DNA from: Neoechinorhynchus agilis | Lineage: Eukaryota; Animalia; Acanthocephala | Direction: 5' to 3' | Assembly (NCBI GenBank): GCA_051530055.1 | Contig: CM121341.1 | Coordinates: 4,938,784-5,002,783, forward strand | Length of the DNA: 64,000 nucleotides | Shown here: piece after piece, positions 15,691 to 27,502 of the stretch | How positions within the stretch are numbered: position 1 is the stretch's first letter | Layout of the letters: each line of letters opens with the position of its first letter | The notes under the pieces: generated by a model | What the model was told of the DNA's origin: nothing | The model's database searches: none | What the model saw: only the letters and a program-made list of their open reading frames with translations | Position numbers and translations under genes: made by a program

Positions 15691-16659
15691 CGACATTTAA
15701 TTAAATAATGCGATCTGCAGGACTGCATAAAGATACATCAAAGCTAAGTATAAATTTCCCTCAAATAATAACTACCAGTTTCCACCCCAACGGGCATTTC
15801 CCCGAACCAAATACTCCTCCCCGACCGAACCCGTAATCCTCTTCAAAATAAACAACTGTATTCGTTTGACAATTCAGAACTTGAGTGCCCAAGAGGAGGA
15901 CCCACAGGTACATGGATTCTCCGTTTATATCCATAAAATGTGTTATTATAAGTAATGTTTAATATAAATCTTCAATTAATAAAATACCATCTAAATTTTA
16001 ATCAGAATATTTATTCAAAGTCTCTAATTTGACACATTTCAGTGACGAAAATCAGATCAACAAAAGCAATTATCGGTTGCCTAAAATTAATGAGATATAA
16101 AGGCCCACACTTAACACCACATCTAAAAAAAGAGTTTTTGTTGAATTGAACCTTTAGCTCTTTGGGCGATTTGAGAAACTCTAGCAGTTTGCTTTTACCG
16201 ACAAAAAACGAATTCTTAAGTTCAGAAATTAATTAATGCGACTTTAGCCAATCAGAATGCAAGTTAGAAATACCGAGAATTGTACACACGATAAAATTCC
16301 CGGTAATTTTAAAGTTCGAATCCGTTTAGGGGAGACTCGTAAAAATGCCTCTAAAGCGAAGTTTGCACCCAATAACAAGCGTGTTTTTCCATGATTGTTA
16401 GATGTGAAAAACGAGTGAATGGTATTTAATATTCAATTAATTTGAAAGTGGCAGTGTTGTTTGACAATTAAGGACAATTGATTTTCGGCTAACGATTATC
16501 AATTGTTACGTAATAAAAGGAAGCAAGTTTCAAAAGTAACGCTCGGCCGCCTTGCGGTTTTAAGGCATTCGTCCGCTTATGCAAAGAATTTCTCGGCTAT
16601 CTTAAAGAAGATCCCCAATTATAATTATAAATCGACGTAAAGAAATGTGACAATTAAAA

Positions 16660-17067
16660 TTCATTCTTTTCGTTCACAAATTCCTCCTTTTCGTCCAATT
16701 CTGCAACTATCGTCATGATTGTTCGGCTGCTTCCTTGATGGCCGCGGCATTGTCGCGTTGGATCGCCGCGCTGATTCGCTGCATCAGGAAGCTGCTGGAG
16801 CACATATCGCCGGTGGCATATTTCAGCATCTTTCCCAGTCGGGAAATGGAAATAATCGACTTCTTTTCCGAGACATCCCAGTGTTTCCACCGCAACCGGG
16901 ACGAATACATATTGATGCCCAACAAGCGATGAGTGTACTTCTGCCGCTTCTTTTCCTCGCTGAAGCTGGCGACTGCTCCCGCCTTCGAGGTGGCATCCCG
17001 TAAGTGGGATGCTGCGAGCGTGTTGGGGCAGGTAAAATCCCAAACCAGTATTTTCCCCGGAACAGCC
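16660..17067 (-). mobile_element. CRE-clade non-LTR retrotransposon 3' end (restriction-like endonuclease region), frameshifted
   Basis: Translates GKILVWDFTCPNTLAASHL...KKRQKY...FVPVAVETLGCLG...FLMQRISAAIQRDNAAAI*, the typical CRE C-terminus. Confidence 0.85.
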
Positions 17068-19057
17068 TTCTCTTAAAGACCTCCTTTCCGATCTCAATGA
17101 TAGACCTTTAAAATATTGGATCCTTTTTGAAGATCAATGTGACTTTTCCGAAGACAATTTTGAAAACGTTTGCAATTATCGTTGGACAATTCGAGTACAG
17201 TTGAGAATCGTATAGTGAAGTCTTTGGAAAAGTCTATGAAGAAATGATTAAAATGTAACAACAAATGAATCGATGAAATTTTTTTAACGATAAATGTATT
17301 CAATCAATCTTCATCTCTCGACAATTAACACACTCACCACCTCCCGCAATTGAAATTTCTTTTTTATGAGTTTAGATGTAAAAGGCGCGTTTGTTATAAA
17401 CTCATTCTAAGAAAAAATTATATTAACGCTGATTAATTGCCGTTAACCGATACCCTGATTCCTCCCGCAAATGTAGAAAAAGAGTGATTTATTGACGTTC
17501 TTGGGAGAATTTAAAACTTAAATTCAACGAATTAACAAACTTTTTTAGTATTATTTCTGCTTTAGGCCAAAGAAATCAAAAGAATGCCATTGTTTTTAGT
17601 GGTTTAAATTCAGATTTAATAAGTATTTTAGTATATTGATTATTTGAAACAACAAACAAGAAAACACAATCTTAATTCATGTATTGGTCACCATTGTTTA
17701 AAGGTCAAGAAATAATTTCGACCTGAATTTTGCGGCTTTATCTTCGGTGCGGTTTCCTTATATCACAAAACAATGCATAAAACGATTTTTAATTCTTTAC
17801 GAATGACTCTTGAAAGTCCTTTTTGAGAAAAGTACCATATAAAATTGATTTTGAATACCTTTCATCAAATATATTGATTTCCTTCACAGCAGCGAGAACA
17901 CAATAAACGGCATAAAACAATTAAGAAAGTTTATCGTTGAAAATAACAGCGATCTGCCAAGAAACGAAGCTTGGTAAGCTCATTTTAAGTCAACAAAACA
18001 AAAAAAACGCTAACAAAATGGTATCCAAAACACCAACCTCGATGCTGACAAATATTTGTCCATTTATTTACCATTGTTTGTTCATGGCGATTTACGGATA
18101 AAGCGGAACGATTCGAACCTGTTCAGTGTGAACTCTCTCTTGGTGTTATTCTGACCTCGATCAAATGCATTCCTCTGCAGAAATAGTCAACGGCGCAATC
18201 AGCGAATGGGACCACGCAAGTTATGCGGATTTAATAGAAGCAGCGCTCGAAAACAGTTTGATCGGCATACTGCGGGTCAATGAAATCTACGAATGGATTC
18301 AGGACAATATCCCATATTTCCAACAAAGAACAGATACCAAGTCATGGAAAGGATCAATCAGGAATACACTGTCTTTTTGTCGAAGATTCAGGAAAATTCC
18401 GGTTCGAGGGAGACCGAGGAAATCGTTTTGGGCGATCAATGGTAACAGGACGGGTGGTCGACTGTGGCGACCAAAAGGACGACGACAAATTGTCGAGGAA
18501 TTAAGGATTCAGCGTCCTCATCTGAATGGAAATGCATCTCAAGTACTTCAACAGGACAATTCAAGAATCTGCGAACAGGAGAACTTAGCGGTTACAGATC
18601 AAGTGATGCCAAACGGCCACCGAGAATCAGAGTGAGTTTCCGTTGATCGGAAATGGTGATCTCAATACTTAAATAAGACGGATAAATGGAAGCCATCAGG
18701 GAGTTTAAGTTGAGGATCAGGACGTCTTTTTTTAATAAAGAACGTGCCTATAATTTCTAATACAATTTCATTGAAAAACAAACTTGTCTTTTCGACTAAA
18801 ATTTCTTAGTAGATCCGCATATTATTCGCAAAAACAGAATCTAATGCTTCGTAACAAAATTAATTGCAAACTTGCCTTTTGGACTAAAATTTCTTAGTAG
18901 ATCCGCATATTATTCGCAAAAACAGAATCTATTGTTTCGTACAAAAATTAATTGCAAACTTGCCTTTTGGACTAAAATTTCTTAGTATATCCGCTTATTA
19001 TTCGCAAAAACAGAATCTATTGTTTCGTACCAAAATTAATTGCTTTAAATAAAATTA
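17068..19057 (+). repeat. Segmental duplicate of 21906-~23960 (BCCIP 3' fragment, spacer, Fox gene, 3' flank)
   Basis: Colinear near-identity starting ttctcttaaagacctcc. Lacks ~22760-23025 of the other copy and has a ~88-bp 3' flank unit in three copies (18775-19050). Confidence 0.95.
18165..18635 (+). CDS. Single-exon forkhead-box protein, FoxO-like and divergent (copy A)
   Basis: SYADLIEAALENS...VNEIYEWIQDNIPYF...SWKGSIRNTLS...KSFWAIN is a complete forkhead domain. SYADLI and KSxW resemble FoxO. Confidence 0.9.
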   Translation: MHSSAEIVNGAISEWDHASYADLIEAALENSLIGILRVNEIYEWIQDNIPYFQQRTDTKSWKGSIRNTLSFCRRFRKIPVRGRPRKSFWAINGNRTGGRLWRPKGRRQIVEELRIQRPHLNGNASQVLQQDNSRICEQENLAVTDQVMPNGHRESE

Positions 19058-20005
19058 CGACAGCTCCCAGATAGACATACCGCTCTATCTGTTTTAATTG
19101 CTCAACGCAATTCGGCCCTTCGCCAGAGACTGTATGCGCGACATGCGGAATCGTCAAGAACTGCGTCTTTCTCGAGTTGATGGTAAGACCAATCATATTC
19201 GCCCTCTCGCACAGTCTATTTAGCATGCGTTGAGCTCCTTCGACTGTTGAGGGCATCAATACGATGTCGTCGGTATATGCCATGTAGGAGGCGCGTATCT
19301 CAGGATACCTGCGACCTCTTTTCCTCAACCTCTTCGTTCGACGAGGAGGTCGGTGAATATACGCCAAAAGCATAGAGATTTCTCGACCGAAGCTTTATGC
19401 TGACACGAAGGATTCGGCCAGTTATAATACTGCATAGTGCTGAGTTTCGGAGGCGGGGTGATAAACAAACGCCTACACCTCCATTTCCTCGACTGTCCGC
19501 AGATAGGTAACATAATGACCAGCCTCCTCCTAAATCCTCCTGATTTACGTCTGTGTCCGACTGGCCTCTTATGCGCAATTCTTGTAAAAACACAAGATCC
19601 ATTCTGGCGTCCCTTGCCAATTACGCCAGGGTTCCCCTACGCCATTGCGCTCGCAGACTCCTACAATTCAAGGATCCGATTCGTAGTCACCTTCTATCTG
19701 AAATAGCTGGACCAAAGGGCTCACGGCTGTCAGCGCAACCAGAACAGTCCGAATCCACCGCGGTGAATAGCTTCGACTGACGCTTTCGTTGCCGCCGGCG
19801 ACAGTTTCACTCATTTCGACGCTCAAGTCGTCGGCGGGAGCTACGACGCCCTCGCTTTTTCCCATTGCACTGGTGGATTTTGTTGCTCCCATTCGCTGCC
19901 GCATCACCAAGTGGAGCGGCACACCGCGTTGCAGTAGCTGTCTGGCCGCCGGACCTACTTCTTTTACGTGAACGACAAGAATCAGTAAAATCAAATCCGA
20001 TCACC
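19058..20005 (-). mobile_element. Internally deleted APE-type LINE (RTE/L2-like) relic
   Basis: AP-endonuclease N-terminus (DLVFLQELR...GNGGVG...GRIL...VYSPT) abuts the RT C-terminal part (RRYPE...AYTDDIVL...GLTINSRKT...YVYLG). Absent from the paralogous Fox flanks. Confidence 0.85.
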
Positions 20006-20399
20006 GTGAAAGAAAGTTAAGGACTGAAGGAAGTTTGGGACTGAAAGAAAGTTTGGGACTGAAAGAAAGCATCTACTAAAATACTTTTGAGAAGCTTCAC
20101 ATTTCAATCCAAAGCTCTGAGCAGTCTTAACTTTTCCTAGAAAAAATTAACCTTTGATTGAATAAACCATCGGCGATCGATGATCATCAATCCGTCCGTC
20201 TGTCATCCCTCATTGCTTCGTTTGTCAATCTTAGTTTGGGATGTGTAAACGACATGAATAGAAAAGATTTACAATCTTTTTGAAATTGTTGCGCCAAGCG
20301 AAACGCTCGACAATTTAAGTACGTTTTGTTCCAGCATTCATCTTGGTTAAGCAAATTGAAAGCACCTTTAGGAATTGAAGCCAAATTGCCGCATCCACC

Positions 20400-20545
20400 A
20401 CCGACGACACCGATGCCACCTCGCGATCCCTGACTGAACGTGTTTCTTCGAAGCTTGCGGACGGAGATGTTCGGGGGCTGTTCGGTTATTGTCATCCTCC
20501 GACATTTTTGCAGAAGGAGACAACGCGACACTGCAAATACTCCAG
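20400..20545 (+). mobile_element. Short CRE-clade fragment
   Basis: With one frameshift it reads ERVSSKLADGDVRGAVRLLSSSDIFAEGDNATLQILQ, the CRE pre-RT motif also seen at ~24480-24590. Confidence 0.75.
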
Positions 20546-20952
20546 CAGCGATCGAGAACAGTTTGACCAGAAGATTGCGGGTCAATGAAATCTACGAATG
20601 GATTCAGGAGAATATCCCATAATTCCAACGAAGAACAGATACCAAGTCATGGAAAGGATCAATCAGGAATACACTATCTTATTGTCGAAGATTCAGGAAA
20701 ATTCCTGTTCGAGAAAGACCCAGGAAATCTTTTTGGACGATCAATGATAGCAGAACGAGTGGTCGACTGTGGCGACTAAAAGGACGACAACATATTGTCG
20801 AGGAATTAAGGATTCAACGTCCTCATCTGAATGGGAATGTTTCTCAAGTAGTTCAACCGGACAATTCAAGAATCTACGAACAGGAGAACTTAGCGGTTTC
20901 CGATCAAGTGATGGCAAACGGCCACCGAGAGTCAGAGTGGGTTTCCCTTGAT
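20546..20952 (+). pseudogene. Forkhead paralog B, 5'-truncated with an in-frame stop
   Basis: AAIENSLTRRLRVNEIYEWIQENIP*FQRRTDTKSWKGSIRNTLSY; TAA at 20620-20622; the 5' end is replaced by CRE sequence. Confidence 0.85.
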
Positions 20953-21486
20953 CGGAAATGGTGATCAAGAAACTTAAATAAGATGGATAAATGGAAGCCA
21001 TCAGGGAGTTCAAGTTGAGGATTAAGACGTCTTTTGTTAATAAAGAACATGTCTAGAATTTCTAATCAAATTTCATTGAAAAACAAACTTGCCTTTTCAA
21101 CTAAAATTCCTTGATAGATCGGCAAATCATTCGCAAAAACAGATTCTATTGTTTCGAACCAAAATTAATTGCTTTAAATAAAATTAGAAAACAATTTTAC
21201 AAAGAATTTCCTTCAGGAACCTGACGATGATCTCCAACCTTGATTGCAACTATCAATCTAAGTAGTTATTTTCATGTCCACGGGACTCCCGAGTTGTTTA
21301 GGATGAAAAGTACATGAGTTCTTTGAAATTTGTTCCGCAGTTCAGTAGAAATGTCCATGGTTATTTGAATAAATCTCAAGTTTTTCATTTTTATCGCTTA
21401 TTCGCTGAAGCTCTTAATACTTTAGGCCCAAGCGCCAAAATTTCCGTTTGACCAATCAGCGAAGAACGCAGAGCTTTTCATTTAAG

Positions 21487-22119
21487 ATGTCTAAGAAAGC
21501 AAAAGTAGAGGAAGAAGTGAATTCTAGCGAATTGATTGACATTGAGTTCGACGCATATCCTCCTTCGGAACGATTTCGTAATGGAATTCAATTTCTTCTT
21601 AAGCAATTCGATTTCATAAAATCCCTTAAAAGCGAAAGTGAGGATGTGGTAGAAAAGCTTACGGATTTAATGATCGAACAGCATCCAATTGGTAGTGTGA
21701 TAATCGAAGCGGACGACGACGATGCAGACCAAAATATCGACGAAGACATTTCAGTATTTGCGCTTTTGACCGTTGTTCCTTTAGAAGATACTCGGCTCGA
21801 CTCGGTATTTAATCTTTTTTGTGTGAATAAATCAGCACCCAGAAGCGATTGTTGTCTTTTGATAAACCTTCGAGTTCCAGGTCTTCCTGTGGACTATATG
21901 CTGCTTTCTCTTAAAGACCTCCTTTCCGATCTCAATGATAGACCTTTCAAATATTGGATCCTTTTTGAAGATCAATGTGACTTTTCTGAAGACAATTTTG
22001 AAAACGTTTGCTATGATCGTTGGACTATTAAAGGATCGACATCGCGAGTGATGGTCTTTGAAGCGAGCACAGTTGAGAATCGTCTAGTGAAGTCTTTGGA
22101 AAAGTCTATAAAGAAATGA
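21487..22119 (+). CDS. BCCIP: BCCIP/Bcp1 homolog, single exon
   Basis: IDIEFDAYPPS...GIQFLLKQ...LTDLMIEQHPIGSVI...VFALLTVVPL matches the BCCIP N-terminal pattern. ATG follows tttaag. Confidence 0.85.
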   Translation: MSKKAKVEEEVNSSELIDIEFDAYPPSERFRNGIQFLLKQFDFIKSLKSESEDVVEKLTDLMIEQHPIGSVIIEADDDDADQNIDEDISVFALLTVVPLEDTRLDSVFNLFCVNKSAPRSDCCLLINLRVPGLPVDYMLLSLKDLLSDLNDRPFKYWILFEDQCDFSEDNFENVCYDRWTIKGSTSRVMVFEASTVENRLVKSLEKSIKK

Positions 22120-23242
22120 TTAAAATGTAACAATCAATGAATCGATGAAATAAATTGAAATTTCGCTTTTTATGAGTTTAGATGTAAAAAGCGCGTTTGT
22201 TATAAACTCATTCTAAGAAAAAATTATATTAACGCTGATTAATTGCCGTTAACCTATACCCTGATTCCTCCTGCAAATGTAGAAAAAAAGTGATTTATTG
22301 ACGTTCTTAGGAGAATTTAAAACTTAAATTCAATGAATTAACAAACTTTTTAAGCATTATTTCTGCTTTAAGTCAAAAAAAATCAAAAGAATGCCGTTGT
22401 TTTTAGTGGTTTTAATTCTGATTTAATAAGTATTTTAGTATATTGTTTATTTGATACAACAGACAAGAAAACACAATCGGAATTCATGTATTGGTCACTA
22501 TGGTTTAAAGGTCCAAAATTTATTTCGACCTGCATTTTGCGGCTTTATCTTTGATGCGGTTTTTTATATAACAAAACAAAGCATAAAATGATTTTTAATT
22601 CTTTACGAATGACTCTTAAAAGTTTTTTAGGAGAAAGATTTTTTAGAAGAGTCTCATATAAAATTGATTTTTAATACCTTTCATCGAATATATTGATTTC
22701 CTTCACAGCATCGAGCGCACAATAAACGCAATAAAATAATTAAGAAAGTTTATCGTTGAAAATGGCAGCTCAAATCGATTCGTTATTTTGTGGAGACAGA
22801 AAGAGAGATAAAAGCGCGATTAAGAAAAGAACACTTCGAAAAGTTTTATTTACTTGTTCTCATTTCCTTCGTCCACTTTTATAATCTTAACGAAGGTCCG
22901 GTGCATCCATTGAACGAGACCGTTAATAAACACAAAATTAAATATTGATTTTATTCATTAATCGATTAATAAGAATCATTATTTCTATGTCAAAAAGTTA
23001 GAACGCTAATTAATCACTTGATCGACGGCAATCTGCCAAGAAACGAAGTTTAATAAGAACATTTTAAGTCAACAAAACAAAAAAACGCTAACAAAATGGT
23101 ATCCAAAACACCAACCTCGATGCTGACAAATATTTGTCCATTTATTCACCATTGTTTGTTCTTGGCGATTTACGGATAAAGCGGAACGATTCGAACCTGT
23201 TCAATGTGAACTCTCTCTTGGTGTTGTTCTGACCTCGATCAA

Positions 23243-23713
23243 ATGCATTCCTCTGCAGAAATAGTGAACGGCGCAATCAGTGAATGGGACCACGCAAGTT
23301 ATGCGGATTTAATAGAAGCAGCGCTCGAGCACAGTTTGATCGGCATACTGCGGGTCAATGAAATCTACGAATGGATTCAGGACAATATCCCATATTTCCA
23401 ACAAAGAACAGATAGCAAGTCGTGGAAAGGATCGATCAGGAATACACTTTCTTATTGTCAAAGATTCAGGAAAATTCCGGTTAGAGGGAGACCGAGGAAA
23501 TCGTTTTGGGCGATCAATGGTAACAGGACGAGTGGTCGACTGTGGCGACCAAAAGGACGACAACAAATTGCCGAGGAATTAAGGATTCAGCGTCCTCATC
23601 TGAATGGAAATGCATCTCAAGTACTTCAACAGGACAATTCAAGAATCTGCGAACAGGAGAACTTAGCGGTTACAGATCAAGTGATGCCAAACGGCGACCG
23701 AGAATCAGAGTGA
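23243..23713 (+). CDS. Single-exon forkhead-box protein, FoxO-like (copy C)
   Basis: 156 aa; differs from copy A at 8 residues. Confidence 0.9.
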   Translation: MHSSAEIVNGAISEWDHASYADLIEAALEHSLIGILRVNEIYEWIQDNIPYFQQRTDSKSWKGSIRNTLSYCQRFRKIPVRGRPRKSFWAINGNRTSGRLWRPKGRQQIAEELRIQRPHLNGNASQVLQQDNSRICEQENLAVTDQVMPNGDRESE

Positions 23714-24075
23714 GTTTCCGTTGATCGGAAATGGTGATCTCAATACTTAAATAAGACGGATAAATGGAAGCCATCAGAGAGTTCAAGTTGAGGATTAAGA
23801 CGTCTTTTTTTAATAAAGAACGTGCCTATAATTTCTAATACAATTTCATTGATAAACAAACTTGTTTTTCGTACTAAAATTTCTTAGTAGATCCGCATAT
23901 TATTCGCAAAAACAGAATCTATTGTTTCTACCAAAATTAATTGTTTAAATAAAATTAGAAAACAATTTTACAAAGAATTTCCTTCAGGAAGATGACGATG
24001 ATCTTCACCTTGATTGCAATTATCAATCTAAGTAGTTATTTTCTTGTCCAAAAGACTCCAGAGTTGTTTAGGATG

Positions 24076-27045
24076 GGACTATGGCTTCCTCCCCGCGAGG
24101 TGTGCAGCAACCTACGAAGAATTTCAGCAACACCTGAGACTCGCCTAGAAATCACTTTCCCTGTTAGTCGTCTTAATGTAAAACCAATCGCGATGGGATG
24201 AATCCAACCGTCCTTCTTTTCTAAAGCGCAGAGGGAAGCGCCAGGGGACAGGTTGTTTCTTGAGAAAACGCCGACTAAGCGAGTCAAGGCGTTCAGGAGA
24301 ACATTGGATGGATCACCTACGGAGAAGGACATCATGTCCTTTGGGTGCTGAGGCCGAAGCCCATCGGCTGACCCATTTGCGAACGAAGAAACGGCTTTAC
24401 TGACTACATCAACCGAAAACTCGGACGGGGGTGTACGAGGGGATAATCTCCGAATATTCTAGGTAACCAGTGGGTCGATGATGTTTCTCTCTGAGAAGTT
24501 GGAGGGTTTTCGTATCATCTCTTGCGAATTCGTTGGTGGACGATAGAATGCGAACCGCGCCTCGCCATCGGCGAATTTAGAAGGCATTCTCTGGGTCATT
24601 GAACGGGTCAGTGGCTTTGAAAAATCTCCCCTAAAAACGCGAGCTTTGCGTAGGACATCTCCAAACGAATTGTCGAAGGAGGACACCCGGCTTTTGATGA
24701 GGGTAACAATGGACACCTCAGATGGAACTCCAGCACAAAAGTCTCGGGAATTCAAAAAGGCGTAGATATTTCGGTATTCGTCTCGAGACAGTCGCTCAGC
24801 TGAATACCTCTTCGCTACCTGAAATCGAGCGCCTTTCGGGGTCCGCTTCAGGATGTTTCTGGGCAGCGCACGATCTCCAGCAACGAAGGGGTGCAACGTA
24901 GGATGTTTTGGATGTTGTGACGAGGTTCAGTGAGCTGAGGAGTAGAGTTTGCTGGCAGAAGGCCGGAACCAACGCATCAAGAATCCCTTGGGCCGTGAGT
25001 CCGAAATTCCTCCCCTTTCGTAAGTGTTGAGACCACCGGAAACGAATTGTCGAAGGAGGACACCCGGCTTTTGATGAGGGTAACAAGGACACCTCAGATG
25101 GAACTCCAGCACAAAAGTCTCGGGAATGCAAAAAGGCGTAGATATTTCGGTATTCGTCTCGAGACAGTCGCTCAGCTGAATACCTCTTCGCTACCTGAAA
25201 TCGAGCGCCTTTCGGGGTCCGCTTCAGGATGTTTCTGGGCAGCGCACGATCTCCAGCAACGAAGGGGTGCAACGTAGGATGTTTTGGATGTTGTGACGAG
25301 GTTCAGTGAGCTGAGGAGTAGAGTTTGCTGGCAGAAGGCCGGAACCAACGCATCAAGAATCCCTTGGGCCGTGAGTCCGAAATTCCTCCCCTTTCGTAAG
25401 TGTTGAGACCACCGGAAACGAATTGTCGAAGGAGGACACCCGGCTTTTGATGAGGGTAACAAGGGACACCTCAGATGGAACTCCAGCACAAAAGTCTCGG
25501 GAATGCAAAAAGGCGTAGATATTTCGGTATTCGTCTCGAGACAGTCGCTCAGCTGAATACCTCTTCGCTACCTGAAATCGAGCGCCTTTCGGGGTCCGCT
25601 TCAGGATGTTTCTGGGCAGCGCACGATCTCCAGCAACGAAGGGTGCAACGTAGGATGTTTTGGATGTTGTGACGAGGTTCAGTGAGCTGAGGAGTAGAGT
25701 TTGCTGGCAGAAGGCCGGAACCAACGCATCAAGAATCCCTTGGGCCGTGAGTCCGAAATTCCTCCCCTTTCGTAAGTGTTGAGACCACCGGAAACGAATT
25801 GTCGAAGGAGGACACCCGGCTTTTGATGAGGGTAACAAGGGACACCTCAGATGGAACTCCAGCACAAAAGTCTCGGGAATGCAAAAAGGCGTAGATATTT
25901 CGGTATTCGTCTCGAGACAGTCGCTCAGCTGAATACCTCTTCGCTACCTGAAATCGAGCGCCTTTCGGGGTCCGCTTCAGGATGTTTCTGGGCAGCGCAC
26001 GATCTCCAGCAACGAAGGGGTGCAACGTAGGATGTTTTGGATGTTGTGACGAGGTTCAGTGAGCTGAGGAGTAGAGTTTGCTGGCAGAAGGCCGGAACCA
26101 ACGCATCAAGAATCCCTTGGGCCGTGAGTCCGAAATTCCTCCCCTTTCGTAAGTGTTGAGACCACCGGAAACGAATTGTCGAAGGAGGACACCCGGCTTT
26201 TGATGAGGGTAACAAGGGACACCTCAGATGGAACTCCAGCACAAAAGTCTCGGGAATGCAAAAAGGCGTAGATATTTCGGTATTCGTCTCGAGACAGTCG
26301 CTCAGCTGAATACCTCTTCGCTACCTGAAATCGAGCGCCTTTCGGGGTCCGCTTCAGGATGTTTCTGGGCAGCGCACGATCTCCAGCAACGAAGGGGTGC
26401 AACGGTTTTGGATGTTGTGACGAGGTTCAGTGAGCTGAGGAGTAGAGTTTGCTGGCAGAAGGCCGGAACCAACGCATCAAGAATCCCTTGGGCCGTGAGT
26501 CCGAAATTCCTCCCCTTTCGTAAGTGTTGAGACCACCGGAAACGAATTGTCGAAGGAGGACACCCGGCTTTTGATGAGGGTAACAAGGGACACCTCAGAT
26601 GGAACTCCAGCACAAAAGTCTCGGGAATGCAAAAAGGCGTAGATATTTCGGTATTCGTCTCGAGACAGTCGCTCAGCTGAATACCTCTTCGCTACCTGAA
26701 ATCGAGCGCCTTTCGGGGTCCGCTTCAGGATGTTTCTGGGCAGCGCACGATCTCCAGCAACGAAGGGGTGCAACGTAGGATGTTTTGGATGTTGTGACGA
26801 GGTTCAGTGAGCTGAGGAGTAGAGTTTGCTGGCAGAAGGCCGGAACCAACGCATCAAGAATCCCTTGGGCCGTGAGTCCGAAATTCCTCCCCTTTCGTAA
26901 GTGTTGAGACCACCGGACCTCGGGCATCGTTGGCCTTTCGCCGTCGTCAGCAGCGTCGAGCGCGGGCGGATCTTGGTTTTGTGAGATGGTCAAGTTCCCG
27001 AGTGGAGCGAGGTGACGGCGGTGGAATCGTTGACATGCCGATTGC
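24076..27045 (-). mobile_element. CRE-clade retrotransposon 5' half (pre-RT region to RT N-terminus), decayed and internally amplified
   Basis: ILKRTPKGARFQ; RGAVRILSSTNEFARDDTKTLQLLREKH; DGLRPQHPKDMM; GASLCALEKKDGWIHPIAIGFTLRRLTGK. Confidence 0.85.
24664..26916. repeat. Tandem array, 6 x ~377 bp, derived from CRE coding sequence
   Basis: ggacacccgg recurs at 24681, 25058, 25434, 25810, 26187 and 26558. Confidence 0.95.
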
Positions 27046-27440
27046 TTGTAAGTTTTTCCATATTGAAATACAAAAATGTTAGTAATAGAAGCTACAAATA
27101 TCTTCGTTCATTGATATCATAAGATAAATCGATTGGAAATAGAATCGATTGATCAACTTTCAAACTGATTTTATGAGCTTGTACCATTTTGTTTGTAAGT
27201 TTTTAAATATGTGAAACATTATTTTTGATAATCTCCATGGGCGCTTTGTCGCTTTCATTAAAATTAAACTTTTATAAGAAATTGTCGACGTTTCGGTTTT
27301 TTTTCCGAAAATCCGTTTGTAAAAATCGAACGATTACATCATCACCAAAATGTACCAAACCGGAAAACTAGCAACGATTTTTTTCCATTTACGATTCCGC
27401 GTTCGCCGCTTTACGACCTTCATCTAAGAAACAAAAGTGA

Positions 27441-27502
27441 TGACGTCACGCGATTACTCTTAGACGAAATGACCTCAAATCTTTTCCTTAGCGGTGACGT
27501 CA
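27441..27502. promoter_or_regulatory. Two palindromic TGACGTCA (CRE/ATF-type) sites
   Basis: TGACGTCA at 27441-27448 and 27495-27502 in an intergenic stretch. Confidence 0.4.

Noticed and set aside
25070-25100. ttgatgagggtaacaagg... in the 377-bp unit as another hammerhead
   Set aside because: No proper stem II followed by GAAA, and it lies in CRE coding sequence.
24796-26993. Many overlapping 60-170 aa ORFs as genes
   Set aside because: They are repeated translations of the 377-bp CRE-derived unit.
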